This document shows positions 57,378 through 59,340 of a stretch of 59,340 nt of DNA, piece after piece. The stretch is from positions 1 through 59,340 of the IMG/VR virus record IMGVR_UViG_3300038455_000058; one strand, written 5' to 3'. Numbering within the stretch: the first letter of the stretch is position 1; every line of letters begins with the position of its first letter. The notes beneath the pieces are model-generated. The model worked only from the letters and a program-made list of their open reading frames with translations. It ran no database searches and was not told the DNA's origin. The position numbers were made by a program, and so were the translations under genes. Source of the DNA: a virus (lineage: Duplodnaviria > Caudoviricetes).

Positions 57378-58870
57378 CGCTACCCGCAGTTGACGGCGTA
57401 CTGTATCCGACGCCTCAGGAGTGCCTTGACCAGGTACTGGACGACATCCGCTATGCGTACGAGCAGCGCGGACTCGTTGCCAATGTTGACGAGGGTAGCG
57501 ATCACTGGATCCGCGCGAAGGCATATGCAGCGCGGGCGTCGATCTCATTCCAGAACAACAAACTGTCCCTCGCCAACCTGTCCCCGCGTACGGCTACGGG
57601 GGACGCACTTGAGGACATCTGCGCCGTATACGGCGTCTCGAGGCGCGCGGCCTCTAAGGCGTCCGGCTTCGTTGAGATCTCGTCAACCGGCTCCGTCACA
57701 ATCCCAGCCGAGTACGCGCTCAGCGCTCCCAACGGTGAGCGGTACCAGACCATCACGGCCAACACGGTTGATGATGGCGACCTGGTTGAGATCATCGCGA
57801 TCGGCACCGGAGAGGCTACCAACCAGGATGCCGACACTATTCTCCAGTGGGAAAGCTCGGCCGTTGGCGGTCTCCAGCCAACGGCCACCGTAGACTCTGG
57901 TGAGATTGACGGCGGCGAGGAGGAGGACGACGACGAGACGCTAAGGGATCGGCTCATCCGCCGCCTATCTACTCCGGCACTCGGCGGCACCGCAGCACAG
58001 GTTGCGCAGTTCGCCGAGGACGCCAGCGCGGGTGTGGAGCAAGCCTTCGTCTACGCGTCTGTCCGTGGTCCAGGTAGCTACGACGTTGCCGTTACAGCGG
58101 CCGGCGGGGATCGCACTCTGTCACCCACCACGGTTGGCGTGGTCGACGATGCTGTGCGCGCCGAGTTCCCAGGCATCGTAGACCTCAACACCACCAGCGT
58201 CTCACCGCAGGAAGTGGACGTCATCCTAAATATGACGTTGCCCCTTCCGCTTACCGCCGGCGGCTCTGGCGGCGGATGGCGCGATGCCTCACCGTGGCCC
58301 AGCACCAACGACGGCACGCTGGCGAAGGTCACCAACAAGAGCGGTACCACAGTCACCGTCAACTCCACCAGCTCGGATCCTCCTGTTGCTGGAAAGCGAT
58401 TCGGAATCTGGGATCCGGTTGGCGGCGAGATGCTGGAATTCACCGTCCAGTCCGTTGCCGGATCCACTGGCGCGTACGTTGTCACGCCAGACCCCGCGGT
58501 GAGCTCGCCGCTGACTGCAGTTCAGATAGGCGCATATGTATCCGCCGGCGCGCTCAGCCTGACCGAGTACGCAACGGACTTCGCCGATCAGATTGCCACG
58601 CTTGGTCCAGGCGAGAAGACCGACAACGCAAACATCCTCCCGCGCGGAAGGCGACAGCCGTCTCCGGACACGGACAAGCCCGCTGCGCTCACCACGCTTC
58701 AGATCGCTGGCGTCACCGGAGCACACGCCGAGATCCTGAATCTCGAGTACGCGGCGAGATACGCGACCGGCACGACCACACCTCTCACATCGCCGAGCTT
58801 GCCAGCTACCACGGCTGACCCGCCTCGGATTCTGGTGCTAAAGCACCTTTCCTTTAGGCGACAGATCTAA
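57374..58870 (+). CDS. Baseplate J-like protein
   Basis: PRTATG.ALE...YGV.RR, G...N, GG...E.D..LR.R, GPG...V. Confidence 0.9.
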   Translation: MTLPAVDGVLYPTPQECLDQVLDDIRYAYEQRGLVANVDEGSDHWIRAKAYAARASISFQNNKLSLANLSPRTATGDALEDICAVYGVSRRAASKASGFVEISSTGSVTIPAEYALSAPNGERYQTITANTVDDGDLVEIIAIGTGEATNQDADTILQWESSAVGGLQPTATVDSGEIDGGEEEDDDETLRDRLIRRLSTPALGGTAAQVAQFAEDASAGVEQAFVYASVRGPGSYDVAVTAAGGDRTLSPTTVGVVDDAVRAEFPGIVDLNTTSVSPQEVDVILNMTLPLPLTAGGSGGGWRDASPWPSTNDGTLAKVTNKSGTTVTVNSTSSDPPVAGKRFGIWDPVGGEMLEFTVQSVAGSTGAYVVTPDPAVSSPLTAVQIGAYVSAGALSLTEYATDFADQIATLGPGEKTDNANILPRGRRQPSPDTDKPAALTTLQIAGVTGAHAEILNLEYAARYATGTTTPLTSPSLPATTADPPRILVLKHLSFRRQI

Positions 58871-59340
58871 TGCTTAGCCGAGACATCGACGATTTCGGTG
58901 GCGTCCGAGTTGACGCCAAGCCCATCTCTAACCCGCAGACTCAGGTCTCCGCGGCCTCTCTGAATCGCCTCCTCGAGGACGTGGCCCAGATGACGCGCAC
59001 TGCAACGCGCGCCATCATCCACTTCTCACCGGTGCCGTCTGGTGACCCGACCATCTCGTACTTCACGAGCGTGTGGGGCAGCGGAAGCGAGCAGACTCCA
59101 GATGCCGAGAGGACTGGCACCGGCGTCTACGTGTTCACGTTTGATACATCGTTCACCGATTCTCTAGGCGAGTCCGAGGACGTCTCGTTTCTGTCTGGCG
59201 TCACCGGCACGATCGGTGAGACCACCGGTCGCGCCGAGATCCTGTCACTGGCCGACAACGTTGTGACCATCGGAATCCTTGATGACACGGACATGGCGTC
59301 CGATCTCACCGGTGCCGAGACGATCGTGGTGTGGCTTAGA
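58870..59340 (+). CDS. Tail/baseplate protein, runs off window
   Basis: TAATG-coupled ATG, open to window end (MLSRDIDDFGG...). Confidence 0.55.
   Translation, partial: MLSRDIDDFGGVRVDAKPISNPQTQVSAASLNRLLEDVAQMTRTATRAIIHFSPVPSGDPTISYFTSVWGSGSEQTPDAERTGTGVYVFTFDTSFTDSLGESEDVSFLSGVTGTIGETTGRAEILSLADNVVTIGILDDTDMASDLTGAETIVVWLR

Noticed and set aside
58870-59340. Window as a complete circular genome
   Set aside because: No terminal repeat seen, and tail-fibre and lysis genes are missing
1-59340. Diversity-generating retroelement, retron or canonical tRNA genes
   Set aside because: No reverse transcriptase, TR/VR pair or complete cloverleaf recognised

Overview
The whole window is one stretch of a GC-rich temperate myovirus (contractile, Mu-like tail and baseplate). 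It has no host flanks, and no lysis or tail-fibre genes, so the genome probably continues beyond the window. The leftward early arm (1-13.9 kb) carries a pilin-like lipoprotein, RHH regulators, a large serine integrase, a PAPS-reductase-like enzyme and a Bet + Cas4-like recombination pair. Next comes an immunity switch (cI/cro flanked by twin inverted promoters). The rightward early/middle arm (14.6-32 kb) carries a DNA methyltransferase, MazG-like proteins, a beta clamp, a prim-pol, an initiator with iterons, DnaB and RusA. A late operon (34-59 kb) runs from terminase to baseplate J. The DnaN, pilin and lipoprotein styles suggest a myxobacterial (Polyangiaceae-like) host; this is inference. 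Most striking: (i) an HNH endonuclease is overprinted inside the methyltransferase gene, whose frame stays open across a 453-nt insert flanked by a recoded duplicated motif, and a second HNH duplicates the 3' end of mazG, which suggests intron- and intein-free homing; (ii) a type IV pilin globular domain re-routed as a lipoprotein; (iii) a (Leu-Pro-X)n protein at the PAAR/spike-tip position; (iv) a BldC/Xis-like HTH gene followed by 10-bp direct repeats at the early-late junction; (v) pervasive leaderless promoters; (vi) tRNA-like structured RNAs. All family calls come from motif recognition only; no searches were run.
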